Assembly: GCA_902764145.1 (NCBI GenBank)
Contig: CACWUS010000004.1
Location: 8,997-72,996 of the forward strand
Reading direction: 5' to 3'
Source: an uncultured Erysipelotrichaceae bacterium
GTDB lineage: Bacteria > Bacillota_I > Bacilli_A > RF39 > UBA660
Length of the DNA: 64,000 bases
This document shows positions 10,744-20,801 of this stretch, one piece after another; within the stretch, counting starts at the first letter, position 1, and the number at the start of each line of letters is the position of its first letter. Position numbers and translations under genes: made by a program. The notes beneath the pieces are model-generated. The model ran no database searches. It was not told the DNA's origin and was given only the letters and a program-made list of their open reading frames with translations.

Positions 10744-11865
10744 TTATTCATTATCAAGTTTAAATCCAAGTTTGAATGTTAAGAAAGCACCTGAAGCACT
10801 GTTTTCACAGTCAACATCTTGTCCTTCAACCCACATATAAACTCTGAATTTTGTTACACCTGGTGATAAAGTAAACATTTTGTGTAAATTAGTATCTAAA
10901 TTTGCACTAGTTGTTTCACCAGTATATGATTTTTTGCTAGTAGTTCCTTCTGAATAAGCTTTATTAGTTCTAATTAAATTTGTTGGAACTTTAAAGTAAT
11001 CACCAGATGGACTACCACCAGCGTTTGTATTTACTAAAACAATTGGAGAAGATATAGCAGCTTGTACACCATAATAAGGTAATGCTGGTGTATCAGCAGT
11101 TGCAGCTACAGTTGTTTGACTATAAGAGTTTTGTGCAGCAAGTACACCTGTTGCTGTATGCATATCAAAGTTTGGTTCAACAATTATTGAAGAAGTACCA
11201 CCAGTCCAAGATCTTGCAGTAGCAGCTGGAGTTGATGCATTTCCATTTCCTTCTTGAACGAATGCATATCTTGCAGCATTTTGAAGTCCTTTGTCATCTT
11301 GATTTTCTGTAGATAATACACCTGAACCATTTGTTAAATAAACATCTGCATTAACAGTATCATCATTTCTTAAGAAAATATCAAAAGCTATGAAATTAGG
11401 AGCTTCTTCTCCTTCAGCTAGCGTAGGATAAGTTCTTGTAGTACCATTTAATGTATAAACATATGATTTTTCTGCAGGGGTAGCAACAGCTGTTAATGAC
11501 ATTGCATTTCCATTAGATGCAGCAGCTTCAACAGTTCCTTTAAAGAAATCCATATATCCACCAGTAACATTACCAGCAGTTGAAACTGGTACTAAATTAT
11601 AAGGTAACATATTTTTATGTGTTGTCCATCCTCCTGGACTTGTAATATCTTCATTTGAGATAATTGTTTTCCAATCAGCAGCATCTGTAGATATTAACAA
11701 ACCACTACTAGCCGCAATGTAAACATCAATTGGATCAATTGAAACGCTTCTGTTAGCAGTGAACCATGCATATGTTGATGTTGTTAACAATACAATTGTT
11801 AAGAACAATAACAAAATCAAGGATTTTAATCTTTTCTTTCTTTCTTTTCTTTCTTTTTTTGTCAT
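10744..11865 (-). CDS. SipW-cognate signal peptide protein, TasA/CalY-like putative fibre subunit
   Basis: Basic N-region, hydrophobic H-region, then STYAWF (SipW-type cleavage motif); C-terminal beta-strand segment RVYMWVEGQDVDCENSASG; start moved to ATG 11865 behind a GAGG RBS. Confidence 0.7.
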   Translation of the reverse strand: MTKKERKERKKRLKSLILLLFLTIVLLTTSTYAWFTANRSVSIDPIDVYIAASSGLLISTDAADWKTIISNEDITSPGGWTTHKNMLPYNLVPVSTAGNVTGGYMDFFKGTVEAAASNGNAMSLTAVATPAEKSYVYTLNGTTRTYPTLAEGEEAPNFIAFDIFLRNDDTVNADVYLTNGSGVLSTENQDDKGLQNAARYAFVQEGNGNASTPAATARSWTGGTSSIIVEPNFDMHTATGVLAAQNSYSQTTVAATADTPALPYYGVQAAISSPIVLVNTNAGGSPSGDYFKVPTNLIRTNKAYSEGTTSKKSYTGETTSANLDTNLHKMFTLSPGVTKFRVYMWVEGQDVDCENSASGAFLTFKLGFKLDNE

Positions 11866-11870
11866 AAACC

Positions 11871-12644
11871 TCACTCCAATTCTTTAATTGTATCTTCTGT
11901 ATGCTCTTCAATAAGTTTCATATGCAATCTTACATGTCCACCAATAAGAGCGTTAGTGCACTCAGGATCCTCGCCTTCAATCCAAACAACAACAGTTATT
12001 TTATCTAAATCTCCAGCTTGCATATCCTTTCTTTGCCCTAAAATAATAGTCCCATCTTTATCGTTTCTAAATTTTGTTGTATACTCATCTTTTTCTAATA
12101 TCTTCTTTTTGACTTTGTTATTAACATAGTATACAGGTTCAGCTTCACCATCAATACTATTTCCTTTTGCATAGACAGTTGCTTCATCATTAATAATTAT
12201 CATTATTCTAAGCGCCTCATCTGCATTTTTAACAACATCATCCATATAGACATTATACCAATAGTTAAGTACTGCATCTCCTTGATTTTCCATATAAAAC
12301 GAGTACGCAATATAATTTTTACCATTATGTGACCCTTCACCTTCAGTTATGTTTTCAGGCAACCAAGTTATTGTTATGTTATCCATAAACTGTAACTCTT
12401 CTGCCTTAAGTCTTCTCTTAGGTGTTGGATCATTTAACGTTTCATACATTGCAAGTCCGCTATATAGCATATCATTTCGATCAAGCGTGACTATAAAACT
12501 ACCATCATTAAAAAGTACTTTTAACACAATATAAATAATTATAAGCAGTAATAAAAGTATCAACAGCGCAAGTTTAATAAATTTACCAAGCTTATGCCAA
12601 TTTCTTACTTTATTAGCTTTAACTACTACATCTTTTTTTGCCAT
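11871..12644 (-). CDS. Membrane-anchored protein sharing its C-terminal motif (VWIEGEDPECTN) with the TYAWF protein
   Basis: ORF track; long N-terminal TM helix; its stop overlaps the RBS of the next gene. Confidence 0.7.
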   Translation of the reverse strand: MAKKDVVVKANKVRNWHKLGKFIKLALLILLLLLIIIYIVLKVLFNDGSFIVTLDRNDMLYSGLAMYETLNDPTPKRRLKAEELQFMDNITITWLPENITEGEGSHNGKNYIAYSFYMENQGDAVLNYWYNVYMDDVVKNADEALRIMIIINDEATVYAKGNSIDGEAEPVYYVNNKVKKKILEKDEYTTKFRNDKDGTIILGQRKDMQAGDLDKITVVVWIEGEDPECTNALIGGHVRLHMKLIEEHTEDTIKELE

Positions 12645-12801
12645 AATACTCCTCCAATGACTAGTAGTTATAAATACATACCAAAAGGATTTTCCTCATA
12701 GTATATATTAATTATAATCAATCATTTAAAAAATTGCAATAAAAATCGACAAATATTTTATCATATTTTTTATAAATAAAATTGTATCAAATTAAAAAAG
12801 G

Positions 12802-14325
12802 CTATTTCTTGCCTTCTAAAGAATTATAGTCATTATAATCTACATATTCTTCACCTGAACCAAATAATGATTGTAATTCAGTATATAATTCAGTTTTTTC
12901 AAGAATTTTTTCTAAGTTTGTTTCAATTGAAGTTAATTCTTCTTCAGTTAAATCATTAGCAGATACAGCATTAGTAGTATCAAATGATTCCATTTTAGCA
13001 TTATTTTCTACTTTCATTGTAATTGTAATAGTAGCTACTTCTGGAATATTAATTACTATTGTAGATTCATTATCTTTAGTAGTTACTTTTCCAGTAACAA
13101 CCTCTTCTGCATTAACAACAAGTTTAATATCAGCAACTTCATCATTACCAACTATAGATAATCTATTATCTTTATCCATAGCGAAAACCAATGATTCTTT
13201 TTTACCATCTACTATATATCTTAAATATGTTCCTTCTTCATCTTCAATATTAAATCCAACAAATTCATTTAGGAATCCTTTAGTATAAACAGATATTTTT
13301 GCAGTTTCATCAAAACTATCATCATTTTTTGCTTCTTCTAATTCTTTTTTTATTTCACTAGCTTCACTACCAGTAAATTTAGCTAATATACTAATTGCTT
13401 TTTCATCATTAAGTATTACGTTAACACTGTTTTCAGTTACTCTTTTATAGTTGTTTTTATCTATAGTATATAAATTATCTTTAGCTTTAATAGAAGTGCC
13501 ATCAAGACTAAGTGTAATATCACTCTTAGTAGGCTTTTCATCTTTTAATGATTCTTTTAATGCTTTTTCAAATACATCAACTAAATAATATAAGTCATCA
13601 GTATTAATTGAACTATTACTATCTTTTGATAAAATACCATCAATATAATATGTTTTATCAGTTAACTCTTTAGATTGAACATATATTTTATCATCTTTTA
13701 AGAACATGTTAGCATTTAATATTGAATTACCTTTTTCAAGCATTCCAAAATTCATTAAAGAACTACCATTGTTAACATCAGTAGTCACAGAATAATCTAG
13801 TGAATAATTTTTTAAGAAGTCCATCCCTTCTGCTTTACTATCAAATTTAATATTTGTACTTACTTTAACTACTGAATCAATTTTATTGTTTTTAAGTATT
13901 TTAAATGCATTTGTTATTGCATTTTCATATGGCGTTGTTGCAAAGAATGTTTTATATCCAAAATATCCTCCAACTCCAAGTAATACGACAACTAAAATCG
14001 CAATTATTATTCCTACTTTAGATTTTTTCTGTACGTCTTCAAAACCGCTTGATTGTTCTGTACTAACTGCAGTAGCAACTGGTTCTGGTGAAGGTCCCAT
14101 TGTAGGAGTTGGACCATTCATAATATCAGAAGTACTTTCTGCTGTTTGTGGTGCAACTTCTACAGGAGAAGATACCACACTATCTACACTTGAACTTACA
14201 TCAGTTTGTGGATATGGTTCTTCAGGTACACTTGTTTCAACAGTTACTTCTTGTAGTGGTGGATTTGCCCCACCTTGATTTTCATTGTTTTCAAAAGAAT
14301 TATTTAAATTTTCATCATTATTCAT
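12802..14325 (-). CDS. Single-pass membrane protein: Pro/Ser/Thr-rich N-terminus, TM, large extracellular beta-rich domain
   Basis: ORF track, start trimmed to MNNDEN at 14325; TM VGIIIAILVVVLLGVGGYFGY. Confidence 0.7.
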   Translation of the reverse strand: MNNDENLNNSFENNENQGGANPPLQEVTVETSVPEEPYPQTDVSSSVDSVVSSPVEVAPQTAESTSDIMNGPTPTMGPSPEPVATAVSTEQSSGFEDVQKKSKVGIIIAILVVVLLGVGGYFGYKTFFATTPYENAITNAFKILKNNKIDSVVKVSTNIKFDSKAEGMDFLKNYSLDYSVTTDVNNGSSLMNFGMLEKGNSILNANMFLKDDKIYVQSKELTDKTYYIDGILSKDSNSSINTDDLYYLVDVFEKALKESLKDEKPTKSDITLSLDGTSIKAKDNLYTIDKNNYKRVTENSVNVILNDEKAISILAKFTGSEASEIKKELEEAKNDDSFDETAKISVYTKGFLNEFVGFNIEDEEGTYLRYIVDGKKESLVFAMDKDNRLSIVGNDEVADIKLVVNAEEVVTGKVTTKDNESTIVINIPEVATITITMKVENNAKMESFDTTNAVSANDLTEEELTSIETNLEKILEKTELYTELQSLFGSGEEYVDYNDYNSLEGKK

Positions 14326-14474
14326 AATCACACTACCCTTTACTAATAATACTACATTTATCATATCACATTTTTTTATAATATGAAACAAAAATTTTAA
14401 TTATGTATTTTAAACATCATACTTTTCTTTGATTATAGTGTTAAAAATGTTATACTTATAATTGGAGTGATAAT

Positions 14475-15827
14475 ATGATTGATAAAATTTTTAAATTAAA
14501 GCAAAATAAAACTACCATTACTACAGAATTAATAGCAGGTATTACAACATTTATGGCAATGTCATATATAATATTTGTTAATCCATCTGTATTGAGCCAA
14601 ACAGGAATGGAATATGGTTCAGTTTATGTGGCTACAATACTTACAACAGTACTTGCAACACTAATAATTGGATTATATGCTAATGTTCCTTATGCATCAA
14701 GCGCAGGTATTGGGCTTGGTAGTTTATTTACATACACTATTTGCAAAAGTTTGGAATACACTTGGCAACAAGGATTAGCTATTGTATTTATATGTGGAAT
14801 AATTAATTTAATAATTACACTTACAAGTTTAAGAAAAAAGATTATAAAATCAATTCCAGTTTTTTTACAAGAAGCAATTACAGTTGGTATTGGATTATTT
14901 ATAACATACGTTGGCCTTATAAATGCAGGAATAATTGAATTTGGAGCAGACAGTGTTAATAATGGATTAGCAGTAAATGTTGTACCAAGATTATCAAATA
15001 TAATGGAGCCAAGCGTATTGCTATCATTAATTGGTCTTGCATTTACTTCAATATTACTAATTAAAAAAGTAAAAGGAGCTTACTTAAAAGGAATAATATT
15101 TACAACAATTATTGGTATTCCATTAGGAGTGACTACACTACCAGATTTTACTAACTATAAGATATTACCAAGTATTGCTCCAACATTTTTAAAATTAGAT
15201 TTTAGTGGCCTATTTAGTCTAAAAGCAGGCACACTAATAGTATTAATGACTATATTTACTTTGTGCATATCAGATTTATTTGATACTATTGGTATATTTA
15301 TTGGAACAGGTAAAAAAGCAGGTATATTTAAAATAGATAAAGATGGTAATATGCCAAAAAATTTAGAAAGAGCTATGATTGCTGATTCAAGTGGTACTAT
15401 CATAGGATCACTTCTTGGTACAAGTAACGCAACCACTTATTTAGAAAGTAGTGCTGGTATAGAAGCAGGAGGTAGAACTGGATTAACTTCAGTAACAGTT
15501 GCAATTTTATTTCTTCTTTCATTGTTCTTATACCCTATTATAAAATGTGTTCCTATGGCTGCAGTTGCTCCAATATTAATATTAATTGGTGTATCTATGT
15601 TAGAAAATATAGGCTCTATTGATTGGAAAGACTTAATGATTGCTATACCTTCATTCTTTATAATTGTTATGATGCCATTATCATATTCAATAACAACTGG
15701 TATAGAATTTGGATTTATATTTTATTCACTTATAAACCTATATAATGGAAAAGCAAAAGAAGTATCGCCAATAATATATATATTCTCAATAGTATTTATA
15801 ATAAAATATATTATGATGGCAATATAA
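14475..15827 (+). CDS. NCS2/AzgA-family purine permease (PbuG/PbuO-like)
   Basis: TELIAGITTFMAMSYIIFVNP, FDTIG, ESSAGIEAGGRTGLT motifs; multi-TM. Confidence 0.92.
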   Translation: MIDKIFKLKQNKTTITTELIAGITTFMAMSYIIFVNPSVLSQTGMEYGSVYVATILTTVLATLIIGLYANVPYASSAGIGLGSLFTYTICKSLEYTWQQGLAIVFICGIINLIITLTSLRKKIIKSIPVFLQEAITVGIGLFITYVGLINAGIIEFGADSVNNGLAVNVVPRLSNIMEPSVLLSLIGLAFTSILLIKKVKGAYLKGIIFTTIIGIPLGVTTLPDFTNYKILPSIAPTFLKLDFSGLFSLKAGTLIVLMTIFTLCISDLFDTIGIFIGTGKKAGIFKIDKDGNMPKNLERAMIADSSGTIIGSLLGTSNATTYLESSAGIEAGGRTGLTSVTVAILFLLSLFLYPIIKCVPMAAVAPILILIGVSMLENIGSIDWKDLMIAIPSFFIIVMMPLSYSITTGIEFGFIFYSLINLYNGKAKEVSPIIYIFSIVFIIKYIMMAI

Positions 15828-15858
15828 AAGATATTAGAAATTTCTAATATCTTTTTTT
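15826..15858. terminator. Bidirectional terminator between convergent genes
   Basis: aaaagatattaga-aatt-tctaatatcttttttt. Confidence 0.8.
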
Positions 15859-15864
15859 ATTTAA

Positions 15865-17091
15865 TTAATCAACTGAAGAAGAAATAAATTTATTTATAAT
15901 ATCTAACTTAGTAAGTTTAGATTCTCTTTTAAATGTTTTATCATAACTTACTTCACCATTTGTTTTAATTACAAAATGTATTTCATCTCCATTAAATGTT
16001 AATTCATAATTATTTTCAAATATACTTCCAGTTGCTACTCCATCACTACCTATCTGTAATGCTGTTCCAATGTTATTCTCTTTTAATGCAGCTTCAAAAT
16101 TTAAATTTGATTCATTTTTCTGATAAACATATATTTCTTCATCTTGATTAGTATATTTACCATTATATTCATTATCAAAGAATTCAGCTTTGCCATAATA
16201 ACTAGCATAATAATCATCAACAGTACATTCAGCAGTTTTATTATATGTACCAGCAACTAAAGCACTTTCATTAGACTCACTAACAACTAAATTACCAGAT
16301 TCAATTTTAGCAACAATTTTAGTATCAAATGAATCATAAGTAATAGTTCCATTGCTATATTCAAACTTTCCTTCTTCAGTTGAACTATCAGATTCTAAAT
16401 GATAATTAACTTCTGTATCTGATATAGCAAACAATTTAACTGAAACACCATTCAATTCATAAACACCATTAAATAATGAAGATGAATTAGTAACTGTTTG
16501 TTTTGTTTGAGTATCAGTTTTTGGTTTAGCATTTTCTGTATCATCATCTTTAATAAATACAAAATATAAAGCTAATCCAATTGCAATTAAAGCTACTGCA
16601 GCACAAGCAATAATTATTCCTGTTTTTCCTTTCTTATTTTCTTGAACAACAGCATTTTCTCCAGGTGATGAGGTTGTATCAACAGGAGTAGCTCCTATAA
16701 TTGGTTCTGGTGTTTGTGGAGCTTCCATTGGCACAACTACTGGTGCTTGATTTTCCATAGGTGTCTCCACTGGTGCTGGTCCTTCAACAACAGGAGTAAC
16801 ATTTTCAACAGGTGTTTCTGCAACAGTAGGTTCTACATTTTGAGAACTTTCTACTAAAGCAGGTTCTGAAACAACAGGTGCAACACTTTCTACAGGAGCT
16901 TCTACTGGAGTAGGAGTTTCTACTACAGCTGGCTCTGGTGTTGGTTCTATATTTGTAACAGGTTCTACTGCTACATTAGTTTCTTCATTCATGTTAGTTG
17001 GAGTTGAATTAACAGGGGTTCCACATGTTTTACAAACTTGATCTGTTGGATCTAGTGGACTACCACAATTACTACATAACATTTTAATCAT
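15865..17091 (-). CDS. Zinc-ribbon membrane protein with Pro/Glu/Val-rich linker
   Basis: CSNCG...CKTCG at N-terminus, PEP/ETP-rich linker, TM, extracellular domain. Confidence 0.8.
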   Translation of the reverse strand: MIKMLCSNCGSPLDPTDQVCKTCGTPVNSTPTNMNEETNVAVEPVTNIEPTPEPAVVETPTPVEAPVESVAPVVSEPALVESSQNVEPTVAETPVENVTPVVEGPAPVETPMENQAPVVVPMEAPQTPEPIIGATPVDTTSSPGENAVVQENKKGKTGIIIACAAVALIAIGLALYFVFIKDDDTENAKPKTDTQTKQTVTNSSSLFNGVYELNGVSVKLFAISDTEVNYHLESDSSTEEGKFEYSNGTITYDSFDTKIVAKIESGNLVVSESNESALVAGTYNKTAECTVDDYYASYYGKAEFFDNEYNGKYTNQDEEIYVYQKNESNLNFEAALKENNIGTALQIGSDGVATGSIFENNYELTFNGDEIHFVIKTNGEVSYDKTFKRESKLTKLDIINKFISSSVD

Positions 17092-17215
17092 TCCCTTCTA
17101 TTCTATTTCTAATTATAACATACAAATTAATAAAAACAATAAAAATAATTTACATATACACTAATAATATTATTAAAGATTTATAAAAATATGAAAATTA
17201 TTAACACTATACTTT

Positions 17216-18088
17216 TTAATACTCCGGAACTCCATATGCATATATAAATGAACTACTTAATTTTAATTTTCTTCTTGCCACATTTTTATAGTTAACGTTC
17301 CCTTCAATTGCATATACATAACCATTTTCTACTTTTTCTACTATTCCAACATGATCAATTACTAAATTATTATTCCAATCATAAAATATTACATCACCAG
17401 CTATAGGAGTATATTCTTTAGGAAACTTTAACCATCCCTTCTCTTTATAAAAATCTACTCCTTTTTTAACCCAAATAAATTTAGGAATTGCTTTATTTAA
17501 TACTCCATTTTCATGAGCAAGCCAACTTACAAATACACAACACCACTCTACTCTATGATTAAATCCATACCACTCCCAATATGTTTCACCAGTATTTCCA
17601 ACTTGAGCTTGAGCAGTTTTAACAATATTTTGTCTTATAACTTCTTGTCTATTAATTTTATAATTTAATTTTTCTACATCTAAATTTTCTAACTTATTAT
17701 CAGTTTCAAATATAACTTTTACAATATTATAATCTTTAGTATCATTAAATATCTTTTTGATTTCATCATCAGTAAAATCAATTTCTAATACCTTATAATC
17801 TTTTTCATTATACATTTTTACCATATCATCATTATAATATTTATCAATTATTACTTCATAAATATTTTTAAGTTCACCTTTATATTCAATATAATCATTT
17901 AAATCATTTAACAATGAATCAAGTTTATTAAAATTAACATAAATATAGTCATTATCATACCACATTATACTATTATCAATATCTTTATTATTATCTCTAG
18001 ACACAGTAAAAAGATTTCTCCCTAAATAAAGAGCAATTATAAATAATACTAATACTACAAAGCTTAAATATTTAACCCATTTATTCAT
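17216..18088 (-). CDS. CHAP-domain peptidoglycan amidase/peptidase
   Basis: EWCCVFVSW, AGDVIFYDW, DHVGIVE, IEGN motifs; N-terminal TM. Confidence 0.88.
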   Translation of the reverse strand: MNKWVKYLSFVVLVLFIIALYLGRNLFTVSRDNNKDIDNSIMWYDNDYIYVNFNKLDSLLNDLNDYIEYKGELKNIYEVIIDKYYNDDMVKMYNEKDYKVLEIDFTDDEIKKIFNDTKDYNIVKVIFETDNKLENLDVEKLNYKINRQEVIRQNIVKTAQAQVGNTGETYWEWYGFNHRVEWCCVFVSWLAHENGVLNKAIPKFIWVKKGVDFYKEKGWLKFPKEYTPIAGDVIFYDWNNNLVIDHVGIVEKVENGYVYAIEGNVNYKNVARRKLKLSSSFIYAYGVPEY

Positions 18089-18089
18089 A

Positions 18090-18788
18090 TCAAATCACTT
18101 TCCTTCGTAGTATTATGATTGCTATTATTATATCAATATCAAATATTAAACTAGCTATTACTAAATAACCTTTATTATCATTTAATTTAAATGAAAACTT
18201 AATATTCTTTTCTTCTCCATTTTTAATATTCCATATTAGAGTTTTTCCACTATTAACTACCTTATCTGCATTATTTGATACATTTCTTCTTGGTAAATTA
18301 ACACTAAAAGTATTAATAAAATTAACTTCATCATACTCATCTTTATCAACTAAACTATATATTAGATTAGCACTATATACATCATTATTCTTAGTAAATA
18401 AATCCTTACCTAATAATTCATCACTATTATTATCATTTATATATACTTTGCTTCCAATTGAAGAAGTTACATCATCAATACTTTCATAAACATATGTATA
18501 TTTATTACCTATATATTCATTATCAGAATACTTCTCTTTTTTAAATCCATCTAAATATCCATCTTTCATATTAGCACTAACATAATCAGAAATATCAATA
18601 TTATTATTTTCATCTAAAACATTATTGTTTTTAAGACTAGCAAGAAGTTGTCTATCTATACCAATTAAAACAGAATAATTAACTTTGCCATCTTTAGATA
18701 TAGTTATACTATTATCATTCTTAACAGAACATGAACAAAGAAAAATTACAACTAAAAAAATTGTTAAAACTTTAAATAGTCTATCCAC
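18090..18788 (-). CDS. Lipoprotein with C-terminal TM (LppM/DUF3153-like)
   Basis: Lipobox-like FLCSC; VNLP..VSNNADKV..GKTLIW; C-terminal hydrophobic tail followed by RRK. Confidence 0.65.
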   Translation of the reverse strand: MDRLFKVLTIFLVVIFLCSCSVKNDNSITISKDGKVNYSVLIGIDRQLLASLKNNNVLDENNNIDISDYVSANMKDGYLDGFKKEKYSDNEYIGNKYTYVYESIDDVTSSIGSKVYINDNNSDELLGKDLFTKNNDVYSANLIYSLVDKDEYDEVNFINTFSVNLPRRNVSNNADKVVNSGKTLIWNIKNGEEKNIKFSFKLNDNKGYLVIASLIFDIDIIIAIIILRRKVI

Positions 18789-18871
18789 TTCTACACCTCT
18801 ATTATATATAGATTATATCATGAAAAAAACTAAAAAGTAAAATAAAAGAAAAATCACATTAGTATTCTTCT

Positions 18872-20008
18872 TTATTCGTTGATTTTATTTGCTAATTCCT
18901 CATCTGTTACTTCAAATAAATTGCTATAACTTTGAATAGATTCTGCCTCTTGTTTTAAATTACTATAAAGTTTTTGAGTTATTTTATTATAAGAGTTTAT
19001 ATATCCATTAATAAATTCACCAATACCTGTTATATCATTTTCAATTTTTATTGGGGCTGTATTTTCTACTCGGGTTATACAATCAGCCATGCTACTAGTA
19101 AATGATTCTACTAGTTGAGTACTATTTGATACTATATCTTCTGTATTTATATTATTTAATAATGGTATTGTTAATTTAATAATATCATCATTGCTTAGCA
19201 TAATATTGGCAAAACTAGCAAGACCACCTGTAAGATTATTTATATATTGTGGTAACTGATATTTATATGCTAACCATGGTACATTAGCATGACTAACTGC
19301 TCCTGGTAAAAAGATATTTTGCAATTTATCTAAACCAAAAGTATTCATAAAATCTTTGTATATAATTTTTTGACCTTGTTTCGTTTGCCCATTGCCATCT
19401 GAATTTCCCTTACGAATTACCGATATCATAACATTGCGATTAATAAATAATTCTCCATTGACTCTCGATACAACAGCATCACAATCAAAAGTGTTAATTC
19501 CAATTGCAACATCTGGCAGCTGATTTTTGCCACTACTTGGATCTAGTACTTGTTCAATTCCCAAATATCCATATTCATTTGCGGCGCTAAAAAAACCAAA
19601 TGTATATGTTTTAGCACTAGAATTTTTTGCTATTATTTCATCTGATAAGAAACTTCCAAAAATATCGCCCATTTCATTTTGTAAAACTGAGTTGTTTGAG
19701 GATATATAATCTGCAGCAACAATGACATATGCTGTATTAGAATCATTCTGCCACTCTGGAATTACTTCTTCAATTCCATATAGAGGATTTTGACTCGTAT
19801 CTCCAATAGCATTAATGACTGATCCTTGATAAATAACAGCTGTTCTTCCTTCATCTCCACAAACATGAACAAAGATGTTTTCTGCTTCCTCAAGATTTGC
19901 TCCAAATGTGGTGTATTTTATTTTATTACCATATGTATTTTCAAAATACAAATTATATCCTATGCTTCCATTTTCATCAATTACTGTTTTGTAAGCCACA
20001 TATGTCAC
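18872..20008 (-). CDS. Hypothetical protein; C-terminal helical segment ending in an FxxxD motif (T7SS Lap1/TIGR04197-like)
   Basis: C-terminus ...LKQEAESIQSYSNLFEVTDEELANKINE; no signal peptide. Confidence 0.5.
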   Translation of the reverse strand: MTYVAYKTVIDENGSIGYNLYFENTYGNKIKYTTFGANLEEAENIFVHVCGDEGRTAVIYQGSVINAIGDTSQNPLYGIEEVIPEWQNDSNTAYVIVAADYISSNNSVLQNEMGDIFGSFLSDEIIAKNSSAKTYTFGFFSAANEYGYLGIEQVLDPSSGKNQLPDVAIGINTFDCDAVVSRVNGELFINRNVMISVIRKGNSDGNGQTKQGQKIIYKDFMNTFGLDKLQNIFLPGAVSHANVPWLAYKYQLPQYINNLTGGLASFANIMLSNDDIIKLTIPLLNNINTEDIVSNSTQLVESFTSSMADCITRVENTAPIKIENDITGIGEFINGYINSYNKITQKLYSNLKQEAESIQSYSNLFEVTDEELANKINE

Positions 20009-20014
20009 TTCCTT

Positions 20015-20620
20015 TTATATTGCTATTTTACTGCTTGGTGTTATATTATCTATTTTACTATCTAATATTGAAATTTTAATATAAGCTGCTTCAATCTTTT
20101 TCTTAGCAGTTTCATATTTTTCATAAAGCATTTGCATCGCTAATTTATATTGTACTAAATCCGCCTTTTCACTATTTAATTTATCAATTTCTGCTTTAAC
20201 TTTTAGATTATATACTTGTTTATATTCCTGATTATTATTATTTTTTGCTTTAACAAACTCATCTGTATATAATTTAGTTTCCAACTGAGTAATTTCATTT
20301 TCTATTTCTGTTATACGAGTAGTTATTTTTTCTAACTCAGCGTTAAAGTCCACTATCTTTGTAGGTAGAGGGATATTACCATTATAATTATCAATACAAT
20401 CATTTATTGATATTAAGGCTTCTTTTATGGCATTATTAAATTCTTCAGTACATGTATTATACTGTGTTAGAATATGACTATAATTATTTAATTTACTTCT
20501 AACAGAATTCCATGCATTTCCTTTTAAAATACTATTGGATATAAATTCATCAATTAAACCATTTATAGATTGAGTATTAGCATTGTTATCTTCTATAGTA
20601 TTTGTGGCTATTCTTTCCAT
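20015..20620 (-). CDS. LXG/WXG100-like coiled-coil protein
   Basis: ILKGNAWNSVRSKL (LxG turn) between long heptad helices; 6-bp gap to the next gene. Confidence 0.5.
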   Translation of the reverse strand: MERIATNTIEDNNANTQSINGLIDEFISNSILKGNAWNSVRSKLNNYSHILTQYNTCTEEFNNAIKEALISINDCIDNYNGNIPLPTKIVDFNAELEKITTRITEIENEITQLETKLYTDEFVKAKNNNNQEYKQVYNLKVKAEIDKLNSEKADLVQYKLAMQMLYEKYETAKKKIEAAYIKISILDSKIDNITPSSKIAI

Positions 20621-20736
20621 TTAGATACCTCTCTTTATCAATATTTTAACATACAATAATAATATTTGTCATTCTATTAATAGTGCATTAATGCAAATAA
20701 TATCATAATGTTCTTCAATAATATGTACTAAAATAT

Positions 20737-20772
20737 AAAAGCCCAATTCAATATACATTTGAATTAGGCTTT
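20737..20772. terminator. Intrinsic terminator
   Basis: aaaagcccaattcaa...ttgaattaggctttt. Confidence 0.7.
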
Positions 20773-20801
20773 TTAATACATCTTTTTCTTTATTACCTCA
20801 A

